A DNA stretch of 64,000 bases, taken from IMG/VR virus record IMGVR_UViG_3300036401_000331, positions 2,650-66,649 of that record; one strand, 5' to 3'. This document shows positions 1 through 8,925 of the stretch, piece by piece. Below the pieces are notes generated by a model that made no database searches, was not told where the DNA came from, and saw only the letters and a list, made by a program, of their open reading frames with translations. Within the stretch, counting starts at the first letter, position 1. Each line of letters opens with the position of its first letter. Source of the DNA: a virus. Position numbers and translations under genes: made by a program.

Positions 1-82
1 TCTTGCCGAACCACGCCTTGAACTCCGGCGTCTCGGTCTGCGCTATCCGGCCCGCCTCCACATCGCGAGGCGGGCTTGCGCT
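1..82 (-). CDS. Start of a -1-frame extension (SASPPRDVEAGRIAQTETPEFKAWFGK...), probable ADP-ribosyltransferase-like domain of polyvalent proteins; runs off the window
   Basis: Open -1 frame directly after the slippery heptamer; TxEFKAWFGxS is the usual lead-in to the VxYHGT ART-like domain of phage polyvalent proteins. Confidence 0.6.
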
Positions 83-1470
83 TTTGGGTGCTTCCCCGCC
101 CCTCCTCCAGCGGTCCATTCACCTGACTCGTCGCGCGGCTCAGAGGGATCGTAGGCGTCGGCGCGCTGCACCTTGGTCGGCTCGCCGGTCTGCGACGCCG
201 TCTTGAAATCGGTAAAGCTCGCGTGCTTGGCCCCGAACTCCTCGGCCTCGCGCAGCAGGTCGATGATGCCGATGTTGATGCGCGCCACGTCCATCTTCAT
301 CGCGTCGAAGTTGCCCTTCTGCGCCGCCAGCCCGATCAGGGCCGCCCAGCGGTGATGGCCGTCGAGGATGTAGTTGTCGTTGCTGATGACCGTGCGCACC
401 GCCTGCTTGGGATCGAAGTGCTGGGCGATGGCGGCGACCTTGACGCCGTTCAACTGGTTCTGCGTGGCGCGCAGGTGACTTGCCAGTTCCTGTCCCTCGC
501 TCACCGTGTAGCCCTTCTTGGCGAGGAACTTCTTGAAGCGCTCGGTGTCCTCCAGATCGAACTGGGGCATCTTCACCCGAGGGATGCCCTTCGACTCGCT
601 GCAGAACAGGTTGGTGCCCTGAACGCTGACGTTGCACAGGTCGAAGTCCTTGGCCTTGAGCTTGAGCTTGATCATCTCGGCCGAGACCTTCGACAGGTGA
701 TCGAGCAGCGTCGAGACCTCGCGCGGCTGCGCCAGCACCACCGGCTTGTTCTCGTACAGCGCCCGCGCCGCATCCTCGACGTGCGGGGTGTGGATGCGGC
801 CCTGCCCGTCGATGAACGCCTCGCGACTGTAGCCATGGCCGGGGTGCATCTTGCCGTCGACCACGGCGTGCAGCGACTCGTGGCGCTTGTCGATGTCCTC
901 CTCGCTGACGCCGTAGCTCTTGCCGATCTCCTTCGATTCGGCCAGCAGCTTCTTGGCCTCGGCGGTCGGCATGTCGTGCAGCCGGCGCTTCCAGATTTCG
1001 TTGGCGGTCTCGCTCAGCCCGAGCGGCGACGGCACCAGCTTTCGCCCTAGCTCCTTCTCGGCGTGATCGTACAGCGCATGCCCGATGCCCTTGCCGCGAT
1101 GGGCCTCCTCGACGTTGACGTGACTGAGGAACGGATGGCCGCGCGCATTGAGCGATGCCGAGCCGGCGTACTGGCCGCCGACATGGGCGTCGTAGCTCAT
1201 GCTGCCCGGCGGCGAGGTGATCGCCACGGTGCCACCAGTCGCCTCGCCCTTGGTGGCGAACTGGCCCTTGTTGGTCGGCTGGCCGCGCGGGTGGGCGCTT
1301 TCGTCCCACGCATCCATGCGCGCCAGCATGTCCTGCACCAGCGTCTCGTCGATCAGCACAGGCTCGACGTTGCGCTCGACGGTGAGCGCATCAGCCCGCG
1401 CCAGCGCCTTGTCGAGGCGCGCTTCGAGCGCCTGAAACTTCGCGACGATCAGGTGGTGCGGTACGCCCAT
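43..1470 (-). CDS. Polyvalent head-associated protein with GNAT acetyltransferase and ParB-like domains
   Basis: WDESAHPRGQPTNKGQF and YDPSEPRDESGEWT motifs; GNAT motif VEEAHRGKGIGHALY; ParB-like ILDGHHRWAA; AGGAG 6 nt upstream of ATG 1470. Confidence 0.75.
   Translation of the reverse strand: MGVPHHLIVAKFQALEARLDKALARADALTVERNVEPVLIDETLVQDMLARMDAWDESAHPRGQPTNKGQFATKGEATGGTVAITSPPGSMSYDAHVGGQYAGSASLNARGHPFLSHVNVEEAHRGKGIGHALYDHAEKELGRKLVPSPLGLSETANEIWKRRLHDMPTAEAKKLLAESKEIGKSYGVSEEDIDKRHESLHAVVDGKMHPGHGYSREAFIDGQGRIHTPHVEDAARALYENKPVVLAQPREVSTLLDHLSKVSAEMIKLKLKAKDFDLCNVSVQGTNLFCSESKGIPRVKMPQFDLEDTERFKKFLAKKGYTVSEGQELASHLRATQNQLNGVKVAAIAQHFDPKQAVRTVISNDNYILDGHHRWAALIGLAAQKGNFDAMKMDVARINIGIIDLLREAEEFGAKHASFTDFKTASQTGEPTKVQRADAYDPSEPRDESGEWTAGGGAGKHPKAQARLAMWRRAG
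50..108 (-). promoter_or_regulatory. Programmed -1 ribosomal frameshift signal
   Basis: SD-like GGAGGAGG (108-101), 12 nt gap, C CCA AAA (88-82), 6 nt spacer, 9-bp stem GCCCGCCTC/GAGGCGGGC (75-50). Confidence 0.75.
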
Positions 1471-1556
1471 GGGCAACTCCTGATGGGACGGCGGGTGCCG
1501 TAGGCGGTGTCAACAACCCCGGCCACCCGCCGAAGACGACAAGAGCCTGTGAGAGG

Positions 1557-1928
1557 TCAGGTGCAGTCGTCGTCATCCTGCCCGGCCTCGGCCTTGTGGA
1601 AGGCCGCGCCTGATTTCAGTGCCCCAGCCACCGTGGGGTCCGCCGTCTTCGCGGCCGCCGCCAACTGGCTGGCCGCTGTGGCATGGCCTTCCGTGGAACG
1701 GTCGTCGTCGAGGGCAGCATCCACACGGCGGCTGAGCCCGTGAAGCCGGTCGCGCAAGCTGTCGAAGCGCGCATCGCACTCGGCCATCACCGCCGCGTCG
1801 GGTTCCTCGTCGACACCGCTGATCGTGCCCTTGTTCTTGCTGGCGTAGAAGACGCTCTCGCCCTTCTTGTCGCCGTACTCGTTCTGCATGTTCGACTTGA
1901 TCTTCTCGCCCTTGTCGGTCAGCGGCAT
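1557..1928 (-). CDS. Conserved phage head-region hypothetical protein
   Basis: MPLTDKGEKIK...YGDKKGESVFYASKNKGTISGVD motif recurrent in phage head modules; GGAGG upstream. Confidence 0.7.
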   Translation of the reverse strand: MPLTDKGEKIKSNMQNEYGDKKGESVFYASKNKGTISGVDEEPDAAVMAECDARFDSLRDRLHGLSRRVDAALDDDRSTEGHATAASQLAAAAKTADPTVAGALKSGAAFHKAEAGQDDDDCT

Positions 1929-1976
1929 TGCAGCCTCCATTCGTTCCCTATCAGATTGATAGGTCGATCTGATAGG

Positions 1977-2147
1977 TCACCCTCGGATCGGCGGGCCGAA
2001 GACCTGCCAGCCCAGCAGCACGAACAGGATGTACGACACCACGCCCATGCTGGCCGGGCCATACGGGCCGAGCAGGGCGAAGTGCCAACAGATGGCAAGG
2101 ATCAGCATGATCAGCATGATCACCCAGAAGATCAGACCTCGTGTCAT
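1977..2147 (-). CDS. Small two-TM membrane protein (56 aa, not in ORF track)
   Basis: MTRGLIFWVIMLIMLILAICWHF...ILFVLLGWQVFGPPIRG; GGGAGG RBS. Confidence 0.7.
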   Translation of the reverse strand: MTRGLIFWVIMLIMLILAICWHFALLGPYGPASMGVVSYILFVLLGWQVFGPPIRG

Positions 2148-2160
2148 GGTCGCCTCCCTG

Positions 2161-2415
2161 TCAGATGATCTTCCAATCCCACGCGAGGATGTCGTCCTGC
2201 GTCGGATGCCATGGGCCTACCGAAGCGTTCTGGTCGCGATAGACGATCAGAGGCTTGAAGGTCATCACCGCGCGGGCGTGCCCCGTCTCGGCCACCCATT
2301 CGCGCGACAGCACGATCCACTCGCCCTCGGGCCACACGCCGCGCCGGCACTGCTTGCCCTCGTGCAGCGCCAGCCGCGCATCGCCGATGCCGTGGGCTTG
2401 GCCGTCGTCGGTCAT
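2161..2415 (-). CDS. DUF2829-family protein (Tad2-like)
   Basis: IGDARLALHEGKQCRRGVW...PWHPTQDDILAWDWKII matches the DUF2829 pattern. Confidence 0.7.
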   Translation of the reverse strand: MTDDGQAHGIGDARLALHEGKQCRRGVWPEGEWIVLSREWVAETGHARAVMTFKPLIVYRDQNASVGPWHPTQDDILAWDWKII

Positions 2416-2639
2416 GCGACGGGTGTCGCCTTGCCGGGCAGCACGGGCCGCGCCACCACCATCATGGGCGTCGCAGGTCCGGCCAGCATCGGCCGCCCGG
2501 TCACGATCTGAATCGGCGTCGCCGGGCCGGGCAGCACGTCAGGCCCAGCGCTCACCATGGTGCGCGGCGTGGTCGCGCCAGCGAAGATAGTTGCCGGAGC
2601 GCCGCTCACGATCACGACCGGGATCGCCTTGACTGCCAT
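2412..2639 (-). CDS. Hypothetical protein with internal GPATP repeats
   Basis: ORF coupled to neighbours; (G)PAT(P) repeated. Confidence 0.6.
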   Translation of the reverse strand: MAVKAIPVVIVSGAPATIFAGATTPRTMVSAGPDVLPGPATPIQIVTGRPMLAGPATPMMVVARPVLPGKATPVA

Positions 2640-2640
2640 G

Positions 2641-2985
2641 TCACACCGTCAGCTTGACGTCGGTCAGCGCGCCCGCCGCCACTTCAGCCGCGCCCGGCGA
2701 ACCGGCCACCGCAGCGCCTGCCGCGTTGTGAACGACGACCGACTGGCCGTTGAGCACGGTGGCGCTCGCCGTCACGACCGGGGCTGCCGGCAGGGCAGCG
2801 ATGCGCGCGTCGAGCGTGGCCCGCGACATGAACTGCAGCGCCTGCACGCCATAGTTCGCCACGAACCATGAGGCGATGGTGGCGACCGCCGAGTCGGCCT
2901 TGGCCCAGCCATCGAGCGTGTCGGTGTAGCCGGCGGCGGTGTAGACCGCAGGCGTGGTCTGCTGGGCCGCGTTCTGGACGGCCAC
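2641..2985 (-). CDS. Hypothetical virion-region protein
   Basis: Ala/Val-rich ORF tightly packed in the operon. Confidence 0.6.
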   Translation of the reverse strand: MAVQNAAQQTTPAVYTAAGYTDTLDGWAKADSAVATIASWFVANYGVQALQFMSRATLDARIAALPAAPVVTASATVLNGQSVVVHNAAGAAVAGSPGAAEVAAGALTDVKLTV

Positions 2986-2988
2986 GGG

Positions 2989-3234
2989 CTACTCCTGCTG
3001 CGCCTTGTAGGCCGACGGCCGGCCGGTCGATGCCGGCGCTGCCTGTGCCTCTCCAGCCGGAGCCGCCGCTTCCTCGGGCACCTCGTAGTCGATGCCGATG
3101 CCCTTGAGGCGCAGGTTGAGGGTGGCGAGGTCCATGTACTGGTCAGCGCCCGGCCCGTAGGTGGTGCGGAACGCCTCCTCGTGCGCCGCGAGACCGGGAT
3201 CGTGAACCATCCACTCGGCGAACGTCTTGGTCAT
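2989..3234 (-). CDS. Hypothetical protein
   Basis: ORF with AGGAG upstream, operon packing. Confidence 0.65.
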   Translation of the reverse strand: MTKTFAEWMVHDPGLAAHEEAFRTTYGPGADQYMDLATLNLRLKGIGIDYEVPEEAAAPAGEAQAAPASTGRPSAYKAQQE

Positions 3235-3235
3235 G

Positions 3236-4081
3236 TCAGGCTCCTGCGAGTTGGGTTTGGACTTCGATCAGCTTGGCCTTGCCCTTGGCCGTGATCATGT
3301 CGTCGGGCATGTCGCGCAGCGCGTAGATGTACTCATAGAAACACCGGCAGAAGACTTCCTCGCCGGGCTGGGTGATCGCGTCGGTGTAGCCGTTCGGACC
3401 GGGCTTCACCAGTCCGGCATCGTCGGCCCAGCTATCGCGCACGAGGTAGACCTTCTCGTCGCGCTCCTTGTGATCCTCGCGATAGTCGTAGCCCGGCTGC
3501 CGCCAGTGGCTGTGCCACATTCCGGCAATCGCGCCGGCCTCGTTGGCCACGATGTCGTTGATCGCGCTGGTCAGCTTGTGGCCTTGGTCGATGATGACGC
3601 GCCGCTCGGTGAAAGGCAGGCCAGCGATACCCCGCTTGATCGTCTCTCGCGCGCCCGCCTTGTCGGGCTCGGCCGCACCGCCGGCCGGGATGCTCGATGC
3701 CCAGCCGCTGAAGCGCCGCATGGTCGCCTCGATCTGCTCGTCGCGGTTCAGCCTGATCAGGTCGGCCGAGGCGCTGATGCGCTTGTCGAGTTCGTCGCGC
3801 AGCTTGGGCTTGACGTTGGCCAGCGTGAAGCGCTCGACGCCGGGATGCCAGTTCAGTATCTGGCCCTGCTCGACCTGCTTCTGCCAGATCGCGCGCAGCG
3901 CCTCGCGCATCATGTTCTCCAGCTTGGCACGCGGCACGAACGAGCGTGTCAGCGTCTCGCGCAGAACCCGCAGCCAGTAGGCGAGGCGCTGCGTCGAGTC
4001 GAAGCCATGCTCGATCATGTCGGCGATGGCCTCGTTGAGCACCTTGGTGAAGCTCGCATTACCGATGGGCGGGAGGGCCAC
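3236..4081 (-). CDS. MuF / SPP1 gp7-like head morphogenesis protein
   Basis: WHSHWRQPGYDYREDH...PGEEVFCRC motif; directly downstream of portal. Confidence 0.85.
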   Translation of the reverse strand: MALPPIGNASFTKVLNEAIADMIEHGFDSTQRLAYWLRVLRETLTRSFVPRAKLENMMREALRAIWQKQVEQGQILNWHPGVERFTLANVKPKLRDELDKRISASADLIRLNRDEQIEATMRRFSGWASSIPAGGAAEPDKAGARETIKRGIAGLPFTERRVIIDQGHKLTSAINDIVANEAGAIAGMWHSHWRQPGYDYREDHKERDEKVYLVRDSWADDAGLVKPGPNGYTDAITQPGEEVFCRCFYEYIYALRDMPDDMITAKGKAKLIEVQTQLAGA

Positions 4082-5660
4082 TGGTCGGCTTCCTGTTCTC
4101 CAGCATGCGATTCACGGCCGCCGTGAACTCGACCACGGCATCAGCGCTGTCGTGCGCCGAGCCCTTCAGGCCGAACGACTTCGGTCCCTGTATCTGCGGC
4201 GGCTTGCCGGCAGCGCCACCGGGTTGCTGGCCGCCCTGTCCGGGCGCACCGGGCTGCATGCCGGCCTTCATCGCCTCCTTCTGCTGGTCCTGCTGTTCCT
4301 GCGCGTTCTGCGCGATGGCGTCGTAGTCGAGCACCAGCGGGCTGTCGAACAGGAACTGCAGCGCGTTGAAATTGTCGACCGCCCATTCGATCAGCCGCGC
4401 CTTGTTCTCGGGATCGACGATGGGCAGCAGCGTCTGCACCCACGACACGACCGCGCGCAGCTTGACCTCGTCGACCTTCACAAGCTCGCTGTCGGGCTCC
4501 TTGAGCAGCGATGGCCACTTGGCCTCGAAGCTGTTCTTCCACTCGTAGAACGCCTGCTCGTAGGTCTTGCTGGCGTACTCGTTGTAGTCGCGCTGGATGG
4601 TCTTGTAGAACTCCGGGTTCCATGCCCGGTGCATGACGATGCGGTCGTAGTAGTCGAACAGCGGCTTCAGCCCGTCTCGGACTCCGTCGACATAGCGGGC
4701 GATGGCCTTGGCGTCCTCCGTGCCTTCGCCGAACCCTTCCGCGAAAGTTTCCTCGGTGAGGATTTTGGCGGGCATGCCGCTCGCGCTCGCGATGTTTTCG
4801 AGGATTTGCTTGCGGACGATTTCGAGCGGCCCGTCGAGGTTCTGGAAGTTGAGCGAGACGATGTCCTCGTCCGGGGAGATGCCGATGACGTTGCCATTTT
4901 CTGCCTCCTTCACGATGCCGCGCTTGATGCCGAACATCTTCAGCATGGCGCTGTTCACCACGCTGCCTGCCTGCTTCATCTTGGCCACCAGCACCGCCGC
5001 CTTGCGTGCCACCATGTCGTCCGCGACCATGGTCTGCAGGAACGACTTCATCGGGTAGAGCGAGCGCTGGTAGGCCGAGCGGCCAACAAAGCCGAACGCC
5101 GATGACGTGAAGCTGATGTAGATCGGCGCTTCGTTCATAATCACGCAGGTGCGGCTGCGGTGGAACACGTTGCCCTGCACCCTGATCTCGGTGGTGTGCT
5201 GGAACTCCAGCGACATCGGGTCTTGCTCCAGCACCAGCGAGCCCGCCGTGTTCATCGGATCGTAGACGTTGAAGCTGATGTTGCCCTTGTAGAGCTTGGT
5301 GTAGTCGACCGGCTTGTTGACGTCGACATTCTCCTCCATCAGCGCCACCGAGGCGATGCCGTAGATGCGGCTGAGCCGCGCCACGTTCTTGATGTGATCG
5401 TCCGCGCCGACGCGATCCCACTCGGTCTCGAAGGCCTCGATCACGCGCTGCTCTGGCGAGTTGGGCACGCTGATCTCGCGCGGCTCCGACATGGCGATTT
5501 CAAGCGGCTTCTCGACCAGCTTCGCGCCGAGCGGGTGGAACAGGTAAATCTGCTTGCACAGTTCGTAGCTCGGGCCGTAGCCGGGCACGATGTCGTCGTT
5601 GGTCGTCAGCAGCGAGTTGAGCGCCGTGCCGAGCGTGGAGTTGACGAGGACGATGGCCAT
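4059..5660 (-). CDS. Portal protein (DUF1073-like)
   Basis: About 533 aa between TerL and MuF; RLSRIYGIAS, ENIASASGMPAKIL...GFGEGTEDAK motifs. Confidence 0.85.
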   Translation of the reverse strand: MAIVLVNSTLGTALNSLLTTNDDIVPGYGPSYELCKQIYLFHPLGAKLVEKPLEIAMSEPREISVPNSPEQRVIEAFETEWDRVGADDHIKNVARLSRIYGIASVALMEENVDVNKPVDYTKLYKGNISFNVYDPMNTAGSLVLEQDPMSLEFQHTTEIRVQGNVFHRSRTCVIMNEAPIYISFTSSAFGFVGRSAYQRSLYPMKSFLQTMVADDMVARKAAVLVAKMKQAGSVVNSAMLKMFGIKRGIVKEAENGNVIGISPDEDIVSLNFQNLDGPLEIVRKQILENIASASGMPAKILTEETFAEGFGEGTEDAKAIARYVDGVRDGLKPLFDYYDRIVMHRAWNPEFYKTIQRDYNEYASKTYEQAFYEWKNSFEAKWPSLLKEPDSELVKVDEVKLRAVVSWVQTLLPIVDPENKARLIEWAVDNFNALQFLFDSPLVLDYDAIAQNAQEQQDQQKEAMKAGMQPGAPGQGGQQPGGAAGKPPQIQGPKSFGLKGSAHDSADAVVEFTAAVNRMLENRKPTSGPPAHR

Positions 5661-5836
5661 CAGGCGTTGCCCGCTATTGGCATGCGGGCGAAGTGCCACG
5701 CCTGCCCGCTCAGCACGAACGCGACCACGTCATCGCAGTCCATTTGCCGCTCCTTGAGGCGCTGCTCGGCGATCACCACGCCCTGCGCCACCATCGCGCG
5801 GTGCGAGTAGAACATGCAGTTGTCGCTCATGTTCAT
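5660..5836 (-). CDS. Small hypothetical protein
   Basis: Stop overlaps portal ATG. Confidence 0.4.
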   Translation of the reverse strand: MNMSDNCMFYSHRAMVAQGVVIAEQRLKERQMDCDDVVAFVLSGQAWHFARMPIAGNA

Positions 5837-5892
5837 CTCCAAGTAGTTGGTCGGCGAAGGCTGCTGAACGCCTAGCATCATGGCCGCCTCCT

Positions 5893-6483
5893 ATGCCAAA
5901 CTATGGCATGACCCCATGGGATCAGGCCCACACCGAAGCCTGCGCAATCGCTCGCCAGATCAGCGCGGACATTGCCTTGAGCACCGACCATCTCGGGCTG
6001 GTCGACGGCATCGCCTGCGGCCTGCTTGCGGTCGACACCTGCGCGGTCGAATGGATAGCCGAGAGCAGTTGGCAGGGCCTGTCGCCGTTTCCGACCCGTG
6101 ACGACCGCGAGTGGGCTTTGACCTCCGAACTCGACCGCGAGGAGTGGCGCGAGGCGGTGCGCTGCCTGCGAGAGACCAACGCCTCCGCTGTCACTGTCGC
6201 TCGCTACCGCAAAGCCGCACGCCTGCCGAAACCCAAGCCTGCCCCCTATCGGTATGTGCCGCCGCCCGCCCTCGTCGCCATCGCTGATTTCTGGTTCGAG
6301 CGCAGGTGGTTCTTCCACGCCTACGACGAGGCCAAGAGGGACATGGTCCGACGCCATGTCGCGACCGATTCGATCCTGCACAGCCGACTGAACGCGACGG
6401 GCCATGACCGTGTGTTCCTCGAAGGCATCCTCTACACCGCTCAGAACATCTCGACGTCGCCCAGCGCCAGCGCCGTGCCGTAG
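5893..6483 (+). CDS. Hypothetical protein, antisense insertion between terL and portal
   Basis: 196-aa ORF with GC3-biased codons filling an otherwise empty gap. Confidence 0.55.
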   Translation: MPNYGMTPWDQAHTEACAIARQISADIALSTDHLGLVDGIACGLLAVDTCAVEWIAESSWQGLSPFPTRDDREWALTSELDREEWREAVRCLRETNASAVTVARYRKAARLPKPKPAPYRYVPPPALVAIADFWFERRWFFHAYDEAKRDMVRRHVATDSILHSRLNATGHDRVFLEGILYTAQNISTSPSASAVP

Positions 6484-8066
6484 CACAGGCAATCGAACAT
6501 CTCGTCTTCGTCGTTCGGTGTGCCGTAGCCGACGCGGAACGTGGTCGCCTGATGCCACAGGTGATTGCGGTTGCGGCCGTGGAAGATGCTGGTCTTCGCG
6601 TAGGCCTCCTTGGTGATCTTCACCATGCCCCGGAAGATGTAGCCGCTGACGTTGACCGCACGCGCCTCCTTGCCAAGCGCGACCAGCTTCGAGTCGATGG
6701 GATGGACGTTGAGGCCGCGCCGCACCGCCTGCTGGATCAGCACAATGCCGCTGTCCTTCTCCTCGATCCATGCGCCGGCCGATCCCATGATCGCGCCGGT
6801 CTCGCGCGCCAGTTCCTCGTTGCGCTCCAGCACGCCGGGCAGCATCTGCTCCAGCAGCGAAGCCTCGATCTGCACAAGCTCCCAGTCGATCAGCCGCACC
6901 TGCTCGATGGGGAATTGCGTGTAGGCGAGGTGCAGCACACCCGTGCCGTCGCGTGCCTTGCCAACCTTTGACGCCGTGTCGATCACCGAGAACGTGTACT
7001 GGCAGATCGCGGGCTTCTCAGCCGGCTCATAGACCGGCTCGCCCTCGGTCTCGCGCTTGATCAGGAAGTTCGAGGGATTGAAGAAGTAGCTGCCCTCGCG
7101 GGCGCGCGGCTGTTGCTGGTACTGGGTGGCGTAGGCGTGCTCGCCGAGTTCGAGCTTGTTGGCCTCGACGGTCTCGCGCGGTAGACGATTCGGGCACAGT
7201 AGCTCGCCGTCCTCGGTGCGCGGGTCTTCGTAGAACGGCGTCTTCACCACCAGCGACTTCACGAACTCCATGGGCAGCACGAGCTTGGTGTAGGGCAGGT
7301 CAAGCTGCTCGATGACGCCGCACACGTCGTCGGGGTGCAGGCGGTGCATCATCACGATGATGGTGTCCTTGACCGGATCGTTGAGGCGGCTGGTCACCGA
7401 CTCTCGGAACATGCGGCTGGTGGTCTCGCGATCCTGATCGCTCTCGGCCTGCTCGGTCGAGTGCGGGTCGTCGATCACGACCCTGTTGCCACGGCCGGCG
7501 GTCATCGACTTGAAGGGCACGGCCTTGCGGTTGCCGAGATAGGTGTTCTCGAAGTCGATCTCGCCGTCGCGGGTCAGCACGATCTCGGGCCACAGCGTGC
7601 GATACCACTCGGACAGGATCAGGTCTCGACAGCGCCGGCTATCACGTCGCGCCCAGTCTTCGCGATACGATGTGGTGAGGAAGCGCAGGCCCGGCGTTGC
7701 GCCCGGTCCCCATTCCCATGCCTCGAACATGACAGAAACTGTCAGCGACTTCATCGTGCCGGGCGGCTGGTTGATCTGCAGCCGCTGTATCTCGCCACGA
7801 TGAACCGCTTCGAGGTGCTCGCCTATCGCCTCATGGTGCCACGATGGCTTGTAGGGCGTGGTCGGTTCGAGGATGTGCCACGACTTCTGCACGAAGCCGT
7901 AGAAGCGCTTGCAGGCCTCGCGGACCTCCTCGGTGTTGTCGAGGAACTCACGCTGCTGTCGCCGCTCCTCCAGCTTGATCGCCTTCCGCGCTTCGATCAC
8001 CGCCAGAAACTTTGACAGATTCGATAGCTGCGAGGACACGCCCTCCGAGTGCATCGAGTTCCTCAT
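6441..8066 (-). CDS. terL: Terminase large subunit
   Basis: INQPPGTMKS Walker A, VVIDDPH Walker B, YATQYQQQP, nuclease IDTA...DEMFD; exact start uncertain. Confidence 0.93.
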   Translation of the reverse strand: MRNSMHSEGVSSQLSNLSKFLAVIEARKAIKLEERRQQREFLDNTEEVREACKRFYGFVQKSWHILEPTTPYKPSWHHEAIGEHLEAVHRGEIQRLQINQPPGTMKSLTVSVMFEAWEWGPGATPGLRFLTTSYREDWARRDSRRCRDLILSEWYRTLWPEIVLTRDGEIDFENTYLGNRKAVPFKSMTAGRGNRVVIDDPHSTEQAESDQDRETTSRMFRESVTSRLNDPVKDTIIVMMHRLHPDDVCGVIEQLDLPYTKLVLPMEFVKSLVVKTPFYEDPRTEDGELLCPNRLPRETVEANKLELGEHAYATQYQQQPRAREGSYFFNPSNFLIKRETEGEPVYEPAEKPAICQYTFSVIDTASKVGKARDGTGVLHLAYTQFPIEQVRLIDWELVQIEASLLEQMLPGVLERNEELARETGAIMGSAGAWIEEKDSGIVLIQQAVRRGLNVHPIDSKLVALGKEARAVNVSGYIFRGMVKITKEAYAKTSIFHGRNRNHLWHQATTFRVGYGTPNDEDEMFDCLCYGTALALGDVEMF

Positions 8067-8373
8067 AGGTGAGCTTGTCGATGTCGAAGCCCATCATCGG
8101 TGTCTCGGGCTCGGCTGGTGAGACTCGACCATAGCCGCGCTCGAAGATCACCGTCGCGCAACCGAGGACAACAGTTGGCGCTGTCTCCTTGTCGCGCATG
8201 ATGTCGACCACAGCCGCGAACGCCTCGGCCGTGTACTGCTGGGCCAGCTTCTTGAGATCGACGAGGTTGCCGCGTGAGCCTTTGCGCCGGCCTGCAGGGT
8301 TGCCCGACTTGCCCTTCTGGAAGCCGCCCTTGCCGGTGGGGTTGCGCACGACGCGAAGCGGGGTGACGGACAT
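7948..8373 (-). CDS. terS: Probable terminase small subunit (DUF5681-like)
   Basis: FQKGKSGNPAGRRKG motif; directly upstream of terL. Confidence 0.7.
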   Translation of the reverse strand: MSVTPLRVVRNPTGKGGFQKGKSGNPAGRRKGSRGNLVDLKKLAQQYTAEAFAAVVDIMRDKETAPTVVLGCATVIFERGYGRVSPAEPETPMMGFDIDKLTYEELDALGGRVLAAIESVKVSGGDRSAEGDQAGGAATAA

Positions 8374-8406
8374 GATTAGCCTGCTTCGAGATTGTTGGAA
8401 CAGGTT

Positions 8407-8922
8407 TCAGGTTCGGTCGACGGTGTTGGCGGGGACGACGATGGGTCGCTGTGCTCCGAGGAAGGAGAGGAGGACGGTGACGCGGTCGAGATGTGACCAA
8501 CGGACGATACCCTTGAGACCCTCGAAGGGGCCGGCCGAGATGCGAACGGCGGCACCGACCGGGACGAGTTTGGCGAGGGCGGTATCGACTTGGGCCGGAG
8601 AGACAACATCGGAGCCCGAGCAGCGGTCGATGAGAATTGCCATGGCGTCTTCGCGGACGATTGCCGGTCTTTCAGGCGCTGCGAGCATAAGCTGGCGAAC
8701 ACCGCGTGTCTGGTTGATCGCGCGCCATCGGTCATCGTCGTCCTCGAATCGGATGAAGATGTAGCCGGGGATGTAGGGGGCGCGGATGGTGTGGTCACGG
8801 TTCCTGATGGTTTTGGTGATGACGATTTTGGGATTGAACGGCTGGAACTCCTGCCGGGCGAGGTTGCGTTCAGCGATCAGTTCTTGGAAGGGCAATGTGA
8901 GGGCCACATGCCAAGCGAACAT
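8407..8922 (-). CDS. NusG-family transcription antitermination factor
   Basis: NGN domain (WHVALT...AERNLARQ...IPGYIFIRF...TRGVRQL) and KOW motif GAAVRISAGPFEGLKGIV. Confidence 0.88.
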   Translation of the reverse strand: MFAWHVALTLPFQELIAERNLARQEFQPFNPKIVITKTIRNRDHTIRAPYIPGYIFIRFEDDDDRWRAINQTRGVRQLMLAAPERPAIVREDAMAILIDRCSGSDVVSPAQVDTALAKLVPVGAAVRISAGPFEGLKGIVRWSHLDRVTVLLSFLGAQRPIVVPANTVDRT

Positions 8923-8925
8923 AGC

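Noticed and set aside
4059-5660. Anti-CBASS Acb1 label sometimes attached to DUF1073 proteins
   Set aside because: Position and size indicate a portal; no 2H-phosphoesterase HxT motif pair seen
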